64,000 nucleotides of DNA from Escherichia phage vB_EcoP_PW8. Positions within the stretch are counted from its first letter, which is position 1, and each line of letters begins with the position of its first letter. The notes under the pieces were generated by a model. It did not search any database. It was not told the origin of the DNA and was given only the letters and a program-made list of their open reading frames with translations. Below are positions 48,101 through 58,017 of the stretch, piece after piece. A program made the translations under genes and the position numbers. Where the stretch lies: sequence record PQ362703.1, one strand, 5' to 3'.

Positions 48101-51100
48101 CTGCTGTGCATAGTAACGGTCAGCAGGGTTAGTACTATCCGGGTTAGCCATGAATGATTCAACAGTCAGGTTCTTAGTAACATGCGTGTAGTATTCCTGT
48201 GCACGAGCCATAGCAGCAGGGTTAACAGCAGCCTCGGTAGCCAGTGCAGCAACAATATTGGTAAAGAGACGCTGTTCCTGCATATTCATGGTGAAGCCAT
48301 GAGCCTGAACATCACGGGTTACTTTAGTTGCATTTACTACTGCATCAGAGAACTTACCTTTACGAATTACTTGCTGTACTGGTTCTGAACCAATGTAGTC
48401 AGTAATCAGCTTATCAAATGTTTTCCCTAACTCTTCCAGACGGGTATTGTCACCATATGCCTTGTTATGGAACAGGGTAGTGTCTTTGGCTACAGCAGCA
48501 GTAGGAGCCTGTCCACGCATTACTACAGCAGAGTTAAACAGTAAGCCTGAGAACATATCATCTGCATTAGCAGGAGCTTTCTTACGTCCAAATACCAGAC
48601 GTTTGATTGCTTCATATACAGCCTGAACCATAGTTTTAAGTGCAGTGGTTTTCTTCTGCTTATTAATAAGTTCACGGTTAGTTAAACCCCAAGCCATGTA
48701 CTCATTCAGAGCAGCAGCTTTAGCCATCGCCGGTTCAATGAAGCCATTAGACAGGTGTCCATTAATGGTATTCAGTGCATCTGCATATGCTTCACGTACT
48801 GCCGGAGATTCATCCTTAACATCCAGAGCACGGAACTGGTTCATCAAATCTTCAATGTTCTGAACTGCTTCATTAGGAGTACCTTCATAGTGAGCCAGTA
48901 CAGATTCAAAAGTAGAAGCGTGTACCAATTCATGAACCAGAGTTTCTAAGGAAGGAGTAACTAAGTAGATGGTCTTATCTTCAAAGTTAGTCCAGCCGTA
49001 TGCATTACCTGCTTCAGCAGCTTCAATATCTTCTGGTGCTGGACGAGCAATGTTCTTCTCAATAGCGTAGGCATCCAGTTGAGAAGGCGTACCGTAAACA
49101 ACCTTATAGTCTTTAGCAGCAAGGGATTTCTGTATCTCTTTCAATACTGCTTGCTGTTCAGGAGACATCTCTTTAGCTAGTTTAGCAATGGCAGTATTAG
49201 ACAGCAGACGTACACCAGACTTCAGTACATGACCAACCAATTCTATTGCTGGTACTTCTTTCACTGGTTCTGCTTTAGCAGCACGTACTGCATCACGACG
49301 CTTGTTTAATTCAGCATCAAACAGTTCGTTCAGCTTAGCTACTTGCTGGTCTACGGTAAGCCCTTCCAGAGAGATTTTACCGTTGTTCACGTAAGGAGCA
49401 CCTACGGCAGCCATCTGGTCAACAGTGACCTGTACCTGGTCCATTACCTTGTGACGAATATCTACACCCAGAGCAATGTTACGCAGATTACGTTCAATCT
49501 GTTCAGCACCAACACGTAACAGGTCATCAGTAGCACCCTCACGCTGGTCATATTCCAGAGCAGACTTAGCAATAGCCTGTTTAGTTTCATCAGACAGTTT
49601 ACTGAAGTCTACGTTCTTCATGAACTTAGCGAAGGAGTCATAAACATTCTTGATAGGGTTTCCTTGCCAAGAAGTATATACAGCCTCATTAGCTTTACGA
49701 CTTGCATCAGTGATGTCATTGATACCAATGTTCATACCGTCAAAGATTTTCAGGGTATTCTTCGGAGCACCCTTCATAGTAGAAAGAGTCTGCATCATCA
49801 TGCCATCACCAGTACCGATGGTCATAAATGGAATACCTGCAACACCTGCCTGTGAAGGAGCATAGATGCTCATTGGCACACGCATACGATCATCTAAGTT
49901 GGTAGCCAATACTTGGTTAGCAACATCAGTATTCTCACTACCAGCAATGTAGAAAGTCTGTGAACCAGTCTCAATCATTGGAGCCAGTGGAGCTAAGCTA
50001 TTCTGGATTTCATTCAGTTCTTTCTGTGTTAAGAAATCACCTTTCTTCCATGTTGGGTCTTTTTCTTTTTCTGCCAGCTTAGCCTGTACTGCTTGTTGAA
50101 ACATATCCTGCAATACCAGTGATTGAATCTGAGTAGCCTTCTGCAAATTCTCAGTAGAGTACATCAGACCTTCGCCAACAGTATTTCGGATACCAGTACG
50201 CATTGGCTCAACGAATAAGTGAAGCATGTTCTCTTGTAAGTTCTTAAGAGCATTACCAGATACGGTAAACTTCTGGGGATCTAGCTTACCAGTCAAAGCA
50301 CCATCTACTTGTTGAATAGATAACTCACCTTTACGCATAACTGGAACATTACCAGTCAGTGCTTCCATAGAAGTAAGGAAAGTATCCAGCATAGCCTGAG
50401 CAGCAGCCTCAGATGCAGCCTCCTTACCAAACATTGCCATAGCTGGGGAAATGCTAGGGTCAGCAGCACGGGCTTGCAGAACGTCACTGAAGCGTTCGTA
50501 GATGGTATCAGTAATTGCACTTACCATTTTGCCTGCAATACCACGAGCACCGGAACCATAGATGGTAATGGTCAGTGGGTTTTTAGCTATACCACGTTTC
50601 AGGTCCAGAGTACCATCTTCATTCAGATTAAAGTCTTTAATGAACAGGTCCATTAACTTCTGGAGATGCTTCATCTGGTTCGTAACAGGAACGTTGTTAC
50701 GGTAAGTATTACGTAGCTCATTCAGTGCCTGTTGCAGACCATTAGTGGATGCTTCATACAAGTCAACACTATCCTCATGCGAATGATGCTCATTCATAGT
50801 CTTGCCAGCTTTACCGAAGAACAAGCCACCCTTAGCAGTATTCTTAATCCAGTCTGGGGTGAACTTACCACCAGTCATTAATACCATTGCGTTGATTGGA
50901 CCGTTGGTTACACCATCAGCTTCAACGTACAGCGGAGTATTAAAATTGGTACGGTCATCACTGTTAAGATAACGGGCATATTCCATAAGAGCCATGAGAG
51001 CTACGAATGATTTATCACTACCCAGAGAAGTCTTCAGAATATCCACTGCATTGGTTGGTAAGTGTCCAGACTTATCAAACTCAACCATCATATCAACAGC

Positions 51101-54100
51101 AGGTTTCAGTTTGCCTTCCAGGGCTTTAGTCAGCTCATCTGACATAACTTCACGAGACATTTTATGAACTTTGATGCCTAATGCTTGAGCCAGACCTAAC
51201 TGGAAGTCAGAGAAGGTTTGGCTGTTTTCATTACTCAAGTCGATAGTAGAGAAGGTTGGTAGGATTGCTTCACGTACCAGCTTGCTGGACTGTGGATTGT
51301 TCTTACCAAGCATCTGCATACGACCTACACGGGTCATGTTGTAACCATAGTGAATAGGTGTATCCAGTCCATTCTCTTGTTCCTTAATCTGATTGATTAC
51401 ACCAAACAAGGAATCATATGCCATAGAAACGGATAGGTTTTTACCTTCCAGAGATTTAGCAGTATTCACATTCAGCAATTCTGGGTTAAGAGCACCAGCA
51501 CCCATCAGTTCAAGAATGTTGTCACGACCCAATGCCTCATAGAAATTAACCATCGGCATATGTACACGGAACTCAGTAGCCTGTTCAGCTTTAAGAGCAG
51601 CTTTCTGTTCCGGGGTATTGCGGACAGCCGGGTTACGTAACTGAGTTTGAGCCACAGAAGGAATATCATCACCCAGATACAGTTTCTCTTCTGGTTCTAA
51701 AAGGACAGCTTCCTCAATAGCAGTGGGGAATTTATTAATGGCATCATTATCATCCAGCTTCTCAATGGTATACAGACCAATAGTCTTATTAGATTCTGGG
51801 TCAATCTCAGATACATCCAGCATGGACTCTTTAACTTCACCCATCTCAATAAGGGAAGACAGAATCTCTGTAGCCATTGCCATTGGGATACCCTTGGTAT
51901 AGCCCAGTGGTGCATTAGGATTACGATTCAAACCCCAATAGGATTCAATCTTTTGAGCCAGTGAGTTAGTAGCCTCAACCAGAGTCTGAGCATTCTCGAA
52001 GTCAGCCAGAATACCTTCTGGTAACAGAGATGCTTCTACTCCAGTAATAGCAGCTACGTCTTTCATATCTTTAACAGCAGCATTCTGTGTAGCAGTTAGT
52101 CGCCATTGCAAACCAGCAAGTACAGCAGTCTCTAGCAACTGGTCATTGAACTTAAAGGTGTCACCATCTTTCTCTACGATGTTAAGTAATTTACCACCTA
52201 CCCAACGGTTAGCCTCAGTTCCTTCTGCAAAACGTTTACCAACATTCTTGTTAGCAAGGAACTTAGCCAGACGGTCAGACAGTGTAGTCTTCAGAGTTTC
52301 ACCAAAAGCAAACAAATCCTGGTAACGCTTAATCACATCACCTGTAAGAGCGTTATTTTCTTTTTGAGTAAATGCTTCAAAACGAGCAGCAGAAGATAAT
52401 GCTTTCTTAACATCAGTCAAAGGAGATTCAGAACCAATGGTACGGGACTTAGGTTCCTCTGGCAGAGAAAATGCTTTAAGGAACTGGTTCGGTGTTTTGT
52501 CATTGTTATAGACATGGAACACTGCTTCCATTTCTGTTTTAGTTTCAGCTATTTCCTGAGTGTTATCCTCATTAGTGAGGGTAACATCCTGTTTTTCAGA
52601 CTGGTTCTCAGGTTCTTTTACAGCCTGTGGTTTAGACTCTTTAATAGTAGGTTCTGTTTTAACAGCTTCACTAACAGAGGGTTTAGTCTGTACAGTAGGG
52701 GTAACTGGTTCCTGTTTTGTAACAGGAGTATCATCAACCTGATTCACTGGTTCATTAGTCTGTTGGGATTGAGCAGCGTCAAGATTGCCCTGACGGAACT
52801 CTTTAACTACCTGAGCAGCAGGTTTGTTCAGACGTGAATCCAATGGGATAACTTTCACATGAGAAACATTAAGCTCCGGGTAAGCCGTAGCAAGTGCGTT
52901 AGCAATATCAGCTACGGTCTTGGCTTCCAGTCCTACTTGCTGGGCAAACTTAACCGACTTGGTATCATACGGATTGACACCGAGGCCAGTACGACTACGT
53001 ACCCATTCACGCGAGGAAGTAAGAGCCTGATAATGGACAGACTTATTCTTATCCGCATTCCCCGAAATCAGATGCTCATTCAACGCTCCGACCTTATTCT
53101 GCATGTGCTGGGCGAACTTCATAAAGTCGTCGAGATAAGCGGAAGCCAAATCGAAGTTACCAGAGTTGTACGCAGAACGAATGCGTTTAGCATGTTGCAA
53201 CGCAGAGTACTGGCCTTCATTAGAACGAGATTCGTCGGTTTTAATTTGTTTACTAACAATGTCTTGAGGACGTAAGCCTAGTTCTTCTGCTTTAGCGTCA
53301 AACTCTCGTGCTCCTTGCAATAAAGCAGCAGCAGATTGCAGGGCAGCACGCTGACGATTCCCAAGTGTAATCTTACCTTCACTTGCATGTTTCAGAACCA
53401 TGTTCACTGAATCTGCATCCAGTACTTCTGGAGACATGTCAGCAGCCATGGCAATGCTGTTTGCCTGAGCTTGATTAGCTTCTTCAGTAGCTTTCAGTTT
53501 ACCTGCTTCAGCCTGTTCCTGAATCATGGAATGAATAGCACGGAATGCACGGAGTACCTTCGGTGTATTCTGAACGTTAGCCATCAGACCGGAGAACTGG
53601 TCAACAATATTAGCAGCAGGAGAACCTTGTTCCAGATTAGCTAATGCACCAGGGTCACGGTTAATGAAGCTATCCATAGACATGATGTTGTCATACATCT
53701 GGATTGCAGCTTCCATTTGAACGTTAGGGTCTTCAGCAGTATTAACCAGGTCAGCCATCTTCTGAATAGCTTCAACACGGTTAGTGGAACCAGAAACAGC
53801 TTCACGGATTGCTGGACTAGCTTGCTCCAGTTCTACTGGGTCAAACTTCATTACCTGAGTTAAATCAGCAGCGTACTGGGTAGCAGCAGCTTTCTCTTCT
53901 GGAGTAATATCCATTGCATCTACTGCTTCCTGTACAGTTGCTTGTGCTTGTTCTGCTTGAGCAGTAGCTTCCTGTGCAGCAGCATTAACTGTAGCGTCTG
54001 ATACAGGAGATGCTTGTTCATTACGCTTAGCAACTTCTTCACCACGCTGAACCAGAATGTTAGTAATAGGGGAGGCAGCTTTTGCTAATACATTACCCGC

Positions 54101-55507
54101 CAGAGAAGCACCAGCCAGGGTAGTACGTACAGCAGGACCAACGGCAGCACCAGCAGCCTTAACAGTTGCACCAGGAGCTTGAGCAACTCCAGCAGAACCA
54201 AAGCCATACAATGCACCAAGACCAGTTTGTTCACCCACACCTTTAAGCAAATCACGCTTAGCATCTACATTACCCTGAATTGCCTTGTTCTGTGCAAACT
54301 GACTTGTACCAGACTGGATACCTTCTTCCACAGTTTCACGGAGCAAGTTAGAACCAGCACCAGCCAGAGAACCTACCTTAAGTGGGTTAAGTTCAAACTT
54401 AGATACCAGTGGGCCAGTAAGAGCAGCAACCGGAGCAGTTAGGCCAGCAGCAGTGATACCCGTTTCAGATGCAGTCTGACGACGAGCTTCTTCAGGAGTT
54501 AAGCCGTCTTTAATGTGTTGTTGGTATACAGGAGATTTAGCAGCCAGTTCACTGAATGGCATTTCCATAATTTCATTAGCAGTCTGTTGGTATGCACCAC
54601 CAGCTTCCATACCACCAATTGCTATAGCAGGTGCAGCAATACGCCCGGTAGCTAATGCAGTACGTGCAGGACGCGAACCTAACTCAGCAGCTAAGGTAAT
54701 ACCCTTAACAGCTTTATCACCACCTACCATTACTTTACCGAGTGCAGATACACCACGGATTAATGGACCACCAGTAAACAGAGAACCAACACCTTCAGCA
54801 ATACCATCTGTAGCAGCCATGTCATTGGATAAGGTGTTAGCAACAGAATCATAAGCATCACGACCAATACGAGACAGAGAAGCAACGAGTTCACTTTCCC
54901 CTTTAGCAATATCCTGCTTATAGAGTTTCTCATTTTCCTGTGCAGAGATTACATTCTGGTTCTGTACTACATTACGACGAGCATTCAATGCATCAGACTG
55001 TAGGTTGTGTACACCTTTATTCAACCAGTCAAGACTGGAAGCAATGGATGCCCCGGCATTATCATTGACCAAGCCTGTGCCAAGAGCAGCAATGCCCCCA
55101 AGGGTATTAGCAACACCAAGACCAACACCAGAAAGGGTATCGCCAAATGCTTCTGCGTTAGTACGTTGTTTAGATAAGTCCTGGCGTACAGCATCAGCAG
55201 CATTAGCTCGACTATTAAGAATCTGTAGACCTTGCTCATTACCATACTTATTAATGATTTCTAATGGGGAGGCCTGAGTGAAATCTGCCTGAAGTGAACC
55301 TGGTTCAAATGCACCAGCACCTAAGTTACCTGCACGACCTGCCTGTAATTGGTAAGCGTTCTGTGGGGTTAATTGGAAAGGGTTTTGCCCTTGTTCAGCT
55401 TGCTTCCGGGAGGTTGCAGTAGAGACATCGACTTGCTTAGCATTAGTGATGCTGTCTGCGAAACCTGCCAGACGGTCAAATGTTGACATAGCATGTTTCC
55501 TGTTCAA
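45131..55507 (-). CDS. virion-encapsidated RNA polymerase (N4 vRNAP-like)
   Basis: Single 3458-aa ORF. Central region has T7-like catalytic motifs (YVEADGVTNGPINAMVL and KIFDGMNIG). Confidence 0.9.
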   Translation of the reverse strand: MNRKHAMSTFDRLAGFADSITNAKQVDVSTATSRKQAEQGQNPFQLTPQNAYQLQAGRAGNLGAGAFEPGSLQADFTQASPLEIINKYGNEQGLQILNSRANAADAVRQDLSKQRTNAEAFGDTLSGVGLGVANTLGGIAALGTGLVNDNAGASIASSLDWLNKGVHNLQSDALNARRNVVQNQNVISAQENEKLYKQDIAKGESELVASLSRIGRDAYDSVANTLSNDMAATDGIAEGVGSLFTGGPLIRGVSALGKVMVGGDKAVKGITLAAELGSRPARTALATGRIAAPAIAIGGMEAGGAYQQTANEIMEMPFSELAAKSPVYQQHIKDGLTPEEARRQTASETGITAAGLTAPVAALTGPLVSKFELNPLKVGSLAGAGSNLLRETVEEGIQSGTSQFAQNKAIQGNVDAKRDLLKGVGEQTGLGALYGFGSAGVAQAPGATVKAAGAAVGPAVRTTLAGASLAGNVLAKAASPITNILVQRGEEVAKRNEQASPVSDATVNAAAQEATAQAEQAQATVQEAVDAMDITPEEKAAATQYAADLTQVMKFDPVELEQASPAIREAVSGSTNRVEAIQKMADLVNTAEDPNVQMEAAIQMYDNIMSMDSFINRDPGALANLEQGSPAANIVDQFSGLMANVQNTPKVLRAFRAIHSMIQEQAEAGKLKATEEANQAQANSIAMAADMSPEVLDADSVNMVLKHASEGKITLGNRQRAALQSAAALLQGAREFDAKAEELGLRPQDIVSKQIKTDESRSNEGQYSALQHAKRIRSAYNSGNFDLASAYLDDFMKFAQHMQNKVGALNEHLISGNADKNKSVHYQALTSSREWVRSRTGLGVNPYDTKSVKFAQQVGLEAKTVADIANALATAYPELNVSHVKVIPLDSRLNKPAAQVVKEFRQGNLDAAQSQQTNEPVNQVDDTPVTKQEPVTPTVQTKPSVSEAVKTEPTIKESKPQAVKEPENQSEKQDVTLTNEDNTQEIAETKTEMEAVFHVYNNDKTPNQFLKAFSLPEEPKSRTIGSESPLTDVKKALSSAARFEAFTQKENNALTGDVIKRYQDLFAFGETLKTTLSDRLAKFLANKNVGKRFAEGTEANRWVGGKLLNIVEKDGDTFKFNDQLLETAVLAGLQWRLTATQNAAVKDMKDVAAITGVEASLLPEGILADFENAQTLVEATNSLAQKIESYWGLNRNPNAPLGYTKGIPMAMATEILSSLIEMGEVKESMLDVSEIDPESNKTIGLYTIEKLDDNDAINKFPTAIEEAVLLEPEEKLYLGDDIPSVAQTQLRNPAVRNTPEQKAALKAEQATEFRVHMPMVNFYEALGRDNILELMGAGALNPELLNVNTAKSLEGKNLSVSMAYDSLFGVINQIKEQENGLDTPIHYGYNMTRVGRMQMLGKNNPQSSKLVREAILPTFSTIDLSNENSQTFSDFQLGLAQALGIKVHKMSREVMSDELTKALEGKLKPAVDMMVEFDKSGHLPTNAVDILKTSLGSDKSFVALMALMEYARYLNSDDRTNFNTPLYVEADGVTNGPINAMVLMTGGKFTPDWIKNTAKGGLFFGKAGKTMNEHHSHEDSVDLYEASTNGLQQALNELRNTYRNNVPVTNQMKHLQKLMDLFIKDFNLNEDGTLDLKRGIAKNPLTITIYGSGARGIAGKMVSAITDTIYERFSDVLQARAADPSISPAMAMFGKEAASEAAAQAMLDTFLTSMEALTGNVPVMRKGELSIQQVDGALTGKLDPQKFTVSGNALKNLQENMLHLFVEPMRTGIRNTVGEGLMYSTENLQKATQIQSLVLQDMFQQAVQAKLAEKEKDPTWKKGDFLTQKELNEIQNSLAPLAPMIETGSQTFYIAGSENTDVANQVLATNLDDRMRVPMSIYAPSQAGVAGIPFMTIGTGDGMMMQTLSTMKGAPKNTLKIFDGMNIGINDITDASRKANEAVYTSWQGNPIKNVYDSFAKFMKNVDFSKLSDETKQAIAKSALEYDQREGATDDLLRVGAEQIERNLRNIALGVDIRHKVMDQVQVTVDQMAAVGAPYVNNGKISLEGLTVDQQVAKLNELFDAELNKRRDAVRAAKAEPVKEVPAIELVGHVLKSGVRLLSNTAIAKLAKEMSPEQQAVLKEIQKSLAAKDYKVVYGTPSQLDAYAIEKNIARPAPEDIEAAEAGNAYGWTNFEDKTIYLVTPSLETLVHELVHASTFESVLAHYEGTPNEAVQNIEDLMNQFRALDVKDESPAVREAYADALNTINGHLSNGFIEPAMAKAAALNEYMAWGLTNRELINKQKKTTALKTMVQAVYEAIKRLVFGRKKAPANADDMFSGLLFNSAVVMRGQAPTAAVAKDTTLFHNKAYGDNTRLEELGKTFDKLITDYIGSEPVQQVIRKGKFSDAVVNATKVTRDVQAHGFTMNMQEQRLFTNIVAALATEAAVNPAAMARAQEYYTHVTKNLTVESFMANPDSTNPADRYYAQQKFDTIMGANNIEFDAQGRSSLLPTFVGLAMVSEEVRKVLAEIPVMKADKKSGNTVDAMLTNIGTAAMASLNARVAGDTKATNVQEGMDALAQTIMQTSLNAESFYDSVATPTGNAIDRANQYLVDSIDVLSTRALEGAREVAANTKNPLVKGAAHAAQLVAAIATEKNGSIVAEGVMAAMNQGKVWQPFHDLVNDIVGRTKSNASVYDLIKAVRAQVQADRQQFREHLPTAIASKFSRRLTNEEWKAMHTGMGKTDLAVLRDTMSLGEIRDLLTDQKIVDREVNKLEADLQKQAGRNWPLISRKSKQLAQYMINGTVGNNLLRNATAISRLLGERKTTRSVVDVAQLDKLITLYALEAMGKTDREMLSSLAQTEIEGMDFATSYLVGQRKDEMAKAKSDSRATLNQYKGYIPSETKQGVNLIVAEDSQFADLIEKSYVRLGTYQGSSANRGPARSYYFAPVQAQAPFSQGILQNVRNTAGGVDLGTGFTMGTMVAGRITDKPSVDRITKALARGERGNEPLLPVYDANGNVVAYEQSIDPNMLKHIEGENHLARAIGVWRGRQVEEAKAQRFNDMLIENLHSMYENDLKMSASNKSQYVNLLGSKLDPVTADALKLMNSETRQKAESLFGPGELWVRRDMLNDALGYRAASVGDAWSGNSRWSPETLDTFKKAMLGVFGNRAYKYVMGGENLVQNLVKEAKTLIVVKSVVVPAVNFLANLYQMVARGVPVKNIAKSIPQKTAEINQYLKSRLRQVDAEAELRAATNPNQIRKLKAEIQSITDSHKRLSIWPLLEAGEFSSIADAGIGRDDILITEGKLHEYMEKLADKLPKSVRNAGRYALITKDTALFQGIQKTVEYSDFIAKAIIYDELTQRKGKTREEALGRVTEEFINYDRLPGRFRGYMESVGLMWFYNFKIRSAKVAVSMIRNNPVHAAMAMLAPTPTMFGNVGLPIQDNIFSIAAQGNLGYSFGFGQGLRAHTLNPWLNLTN

Positions 55508-55554
55508 ACTTATATCGTATATAGGAAGCTTACTCTACAGTAAGCCAGTGTAAG

Positions 55555-55577
55555 AAAAAAGCCCCGAAGGGCTTTTG
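55555..55577 (-). terminator. minus-strand intrinsic terminator between the upstream virion gene and vRNAP
   Basis: On the minus strand: AAAAGCCC-ttcg-GGGCTTTTTT. Confidence 0.55.
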
Positions 55578-55583
55578 TTAGTA

Positions 55584-57548
55584 TTACCGATTTTGTCTTG
55601 GTTGCATATACTCAGGCAAACCTTGTGCCTGACGTAGGTAACGTGCAGCACGTTCTTCATCTTCCTTGGCTCGTGCTCTGTCCACACTAGCCTGTGACCG
55701 GAAACCTCTTGGAGCCAAGTTAGATGGGTCTGCTTGAACTTGAGCTTGTGCAGCTTGTAGCATTGCAGCAGCTTTAGTAACAGCTTCCTGACGAGCGGGC
55801 AACAATGCAGTAAGACCTGTCTGTCCGGTGTTAATCTTGTTCTGGGTATTTGTCAGTGCAGCTACAGCAGCATCATAAGCAGTCTGTGCTGCCTGAATAT
55901 TCTGCATAGCCTGTGCACGTCCAAGATTACGTACACTGCCTTCTAGTGGTTCACCTCGTTGTACGCCCTCAATTAACTGGTCTACCAGACGGTCATTAAG
56001 ACGCATACCATTACCGGCTTCGTTAGTAATGAATGGGTTAACTGCATCAATAGCACGACTAATATAACCCTCTGGAACACCTGTCTGTGCACGTTGCATA
56101 ACAGCAGCAGCCATAGCTGGAGACATATTCCCACGTTGAGAAATATCAGTTAGTCGGTTAAGTACCCAGTTACGGTCAGCACCCTTAAAGTCACCATCCA
56201 GCAGACGATTAGCAATCTCACCTACTGGAGTATTATCGGTGACAGTACCCAGGAAATCGGTATTAAGACTACCGGTATTATCCTGCATAGAGCGAGTACC
56301 AATCATACCTTGAGCCAAGGTAGATACTGCCTGATTTCCTTGATTATTCTGAATCAGAGCGAATGGGTCAGCTCCTACCTCAGCTTGAGCAATAACAGGC
56401 TTAATCTGTTCCCAAGTCATATCCTTATAAGCACCTGGAGTTGAGTTAGGTAAAGCAGCCCAGGTATCTTTAAGGTTACCGTTCTTACGAGCCTCAAAAA
56501 TGGCCTTACCAATCTTCTCCTGGTTCTCAGGGGAAAGGGGCTGGTTCTGCCAATCTGAACCAAGAACTTTGGGAGCAAAGTCTTGTAAAGTAGCCTGGTT
56601 AATCTGGAATGCACCAACAGGGGAAGCACCCTGATTAGTCTTCATGACATCCTGGTGTTTAATTACATCACCAATACTCATTTGAGTAATAGGAGTAGAT
56701 GTACCGGCAAACTGATAAGTAACATCATAAGGAGAACCCTGGCGAGTACCAGCAGTACCAGGAGCAGATGTAGCACCGACATTATTGCCGTAAACACCCG
56801 GGTATGCACGGGCTAGTATTTCCTGTAAACGTGCCTGTGCAACAGGGGACAGATTTTTACTATATGCTTCTGCCAACAGACGAGCATCGTTGGGGTTCTC
56901 AGCGCCACGGGTAATTTGTGACATTACACCCATAGCTGCTTGACTATCCGCATCATTACGTTGAGCCACACCCAAATCAAAACGGTTCTGTGCTTGGTTA
57001 ATAGCAGCACCACCTTGTCCTTGGAGACTACTCAACAATTCCAGTTGTTGGTCAGCAGGAAGTGCAGATAATGCATCACGGGTTTGACCTAATGCAGTAT
57101 TAATACGGTTCTGGTCACCAGACTGATAAGCCTCAGACAGTAATCGAATAGCTGGTGAAGCATTATCTAGTGCAGAGTTAACATCCTTTAAGCGACCGAA
57201 GGTATAAGCATTATAGTCGTTGGTCCCCTGTTGACCTTGTTGAGTCAGAAGAGTACCTGCTCGCTCATCCAGATTCTGAAGAGTACGCTGACTTACCAAT
57301 GAAGGGTCAACTCCCTGAAACAATGCACCAGATGCCAGAGCATTACGATACTCAGTAGGGTCTTGATACTGCATAGCATTCATCATGACGGCATTGCCAG
57401 CCTCCTGCTTGGCAGCGTTCTGGAAATTACCCAGTGCATCACTTAAGCCGGAGGTGGCGTTACCAATCATGTTTCCAAATGTGCGAATGTTGTCACCAAC
57501 TCCAGAGAAGTTAGGTGCATCAACATTACGCCATGTTATCTGACTCAT
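55584..57548 (-). CDS. virion protein, hypothetical
   Basis: 654-aa ORF directly upstream of vRNAP in the late operon. Gln/Ala/Asn-rich. Confidence 0.45.
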   Translation of the reverse strand: MSQITWRNVDAPNFSGVGDNIRTFGNMIGNATSGLSDALGNFQNAAKQEAGNAVMMNAMQYQDPTEYRNALASGALFQGVDPSLVSQRTLQNLDERAGTLLTQQGQQGTNDYNAYTFGRLKDVNSALDNASPAIRLLSEAYQSGDQNRINTALGQTRDALSALPADQQLELLSSLQGQGGAAINQAQNRFDLGVAQRNDADSQAAMGVMSQITRGAENPNDARLLAEAYSKNLSPVAQARLQEILARAYPGVYGNNVGATSAPGTAGTRQGSPYDVTYQFAGTSTPITQMSIGDVIKHQDVMKTNQGASPVGAFQINQATLQDFAPKVLGSDWQNQPLSPENQEKIGKAIFEARKNGNLKDTWAALPNSTPGAYKDMTWEQIKPVIAQAEVGADPFALIQNNQGNQAVSTLAQGMIGTRSMQDNTGSLNTDFLGTVTDNTPVGEIANRLLDGDFKGADRNWVLNRLTDISQRGNMSPAMAAAVMQRAQTGVPEGYISRAIDAVNPFITNEAGNGMRLNDRLVDQLIEGVQRGEPLEGSVRNLGRAQAMQNIQAAQTAYDAAVAALTNTQNKINTGQTGLTALLPARQEAVTKAAAMLQAAQAQVQADPSNLAPRGFRSQASVDRARAKEDEERAARYLRQAQGLPEYMQPRQNR

Positions 57549-57560
57549 GATGGATTCCTA

Positions 57561-58004
57561 TTAACGAGTTAGCTTATTAGCTGCAATGTAAGCATCAGCA
57601 GTAGATTGGTCACGGTTTTCTGCTGTAGCACGACTACGAGCACGGTCTTCCAGTGCAGTGTTATAAGACTTAATCTGGTTATTCAGATTAGTGTTAGTAA
57701 CACTCTTAGTAAAGTTCAACTGGTCTTTAGCTAACTTATTGGCTTGGAAACCACTATAGATATTAGCCAATGAACCAAGTGCACCCAGTCCTAATTGGAA
57801 GGTAGGTACGTTCATACCTAACTGACTAGCCGAGCCAGACATGAAAGTATTGGGAGCAGATGTACCAAAATTCGTACTCATACCAATAGCTGCACCTGGG
57901 TTGTAGTTCATAGCTGGGGTATTAAAGTTCTGATTGTTATTAGACATCCAGGACATAGCAGCTGGCTGTGGGATTTGGTTGCCTGTTAAGAATGATAAAT
58001 CCAT
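57561..58004 (-). CDS. virion protein, hypothetical
   Basis: 147-aa ORF in the late operon. Confidence 0.4.
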   Translation of the reverse strand: MDLSFLTGNQIPQPAAMSWMSNNNQNFNTPAMNYNPGAAIGMSTNFGTSAPNTFMSGSASQLGMNVPTFQLGLGALGSLANIYSGFQANKLAKDQLNFTKSVTNTNLNNQIKSYNTALEDRARSRATAENRDQSTADAYIAANKLTR

Positions 58005-58017
58005 GGGGATTCTCCTG

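Noticed and set aside
45179-55277. About twenty short ORFs on both strands inside the vRNAP gene
   Set aside because: All are embedded in or antisense to the single 3458-aa reading frame.
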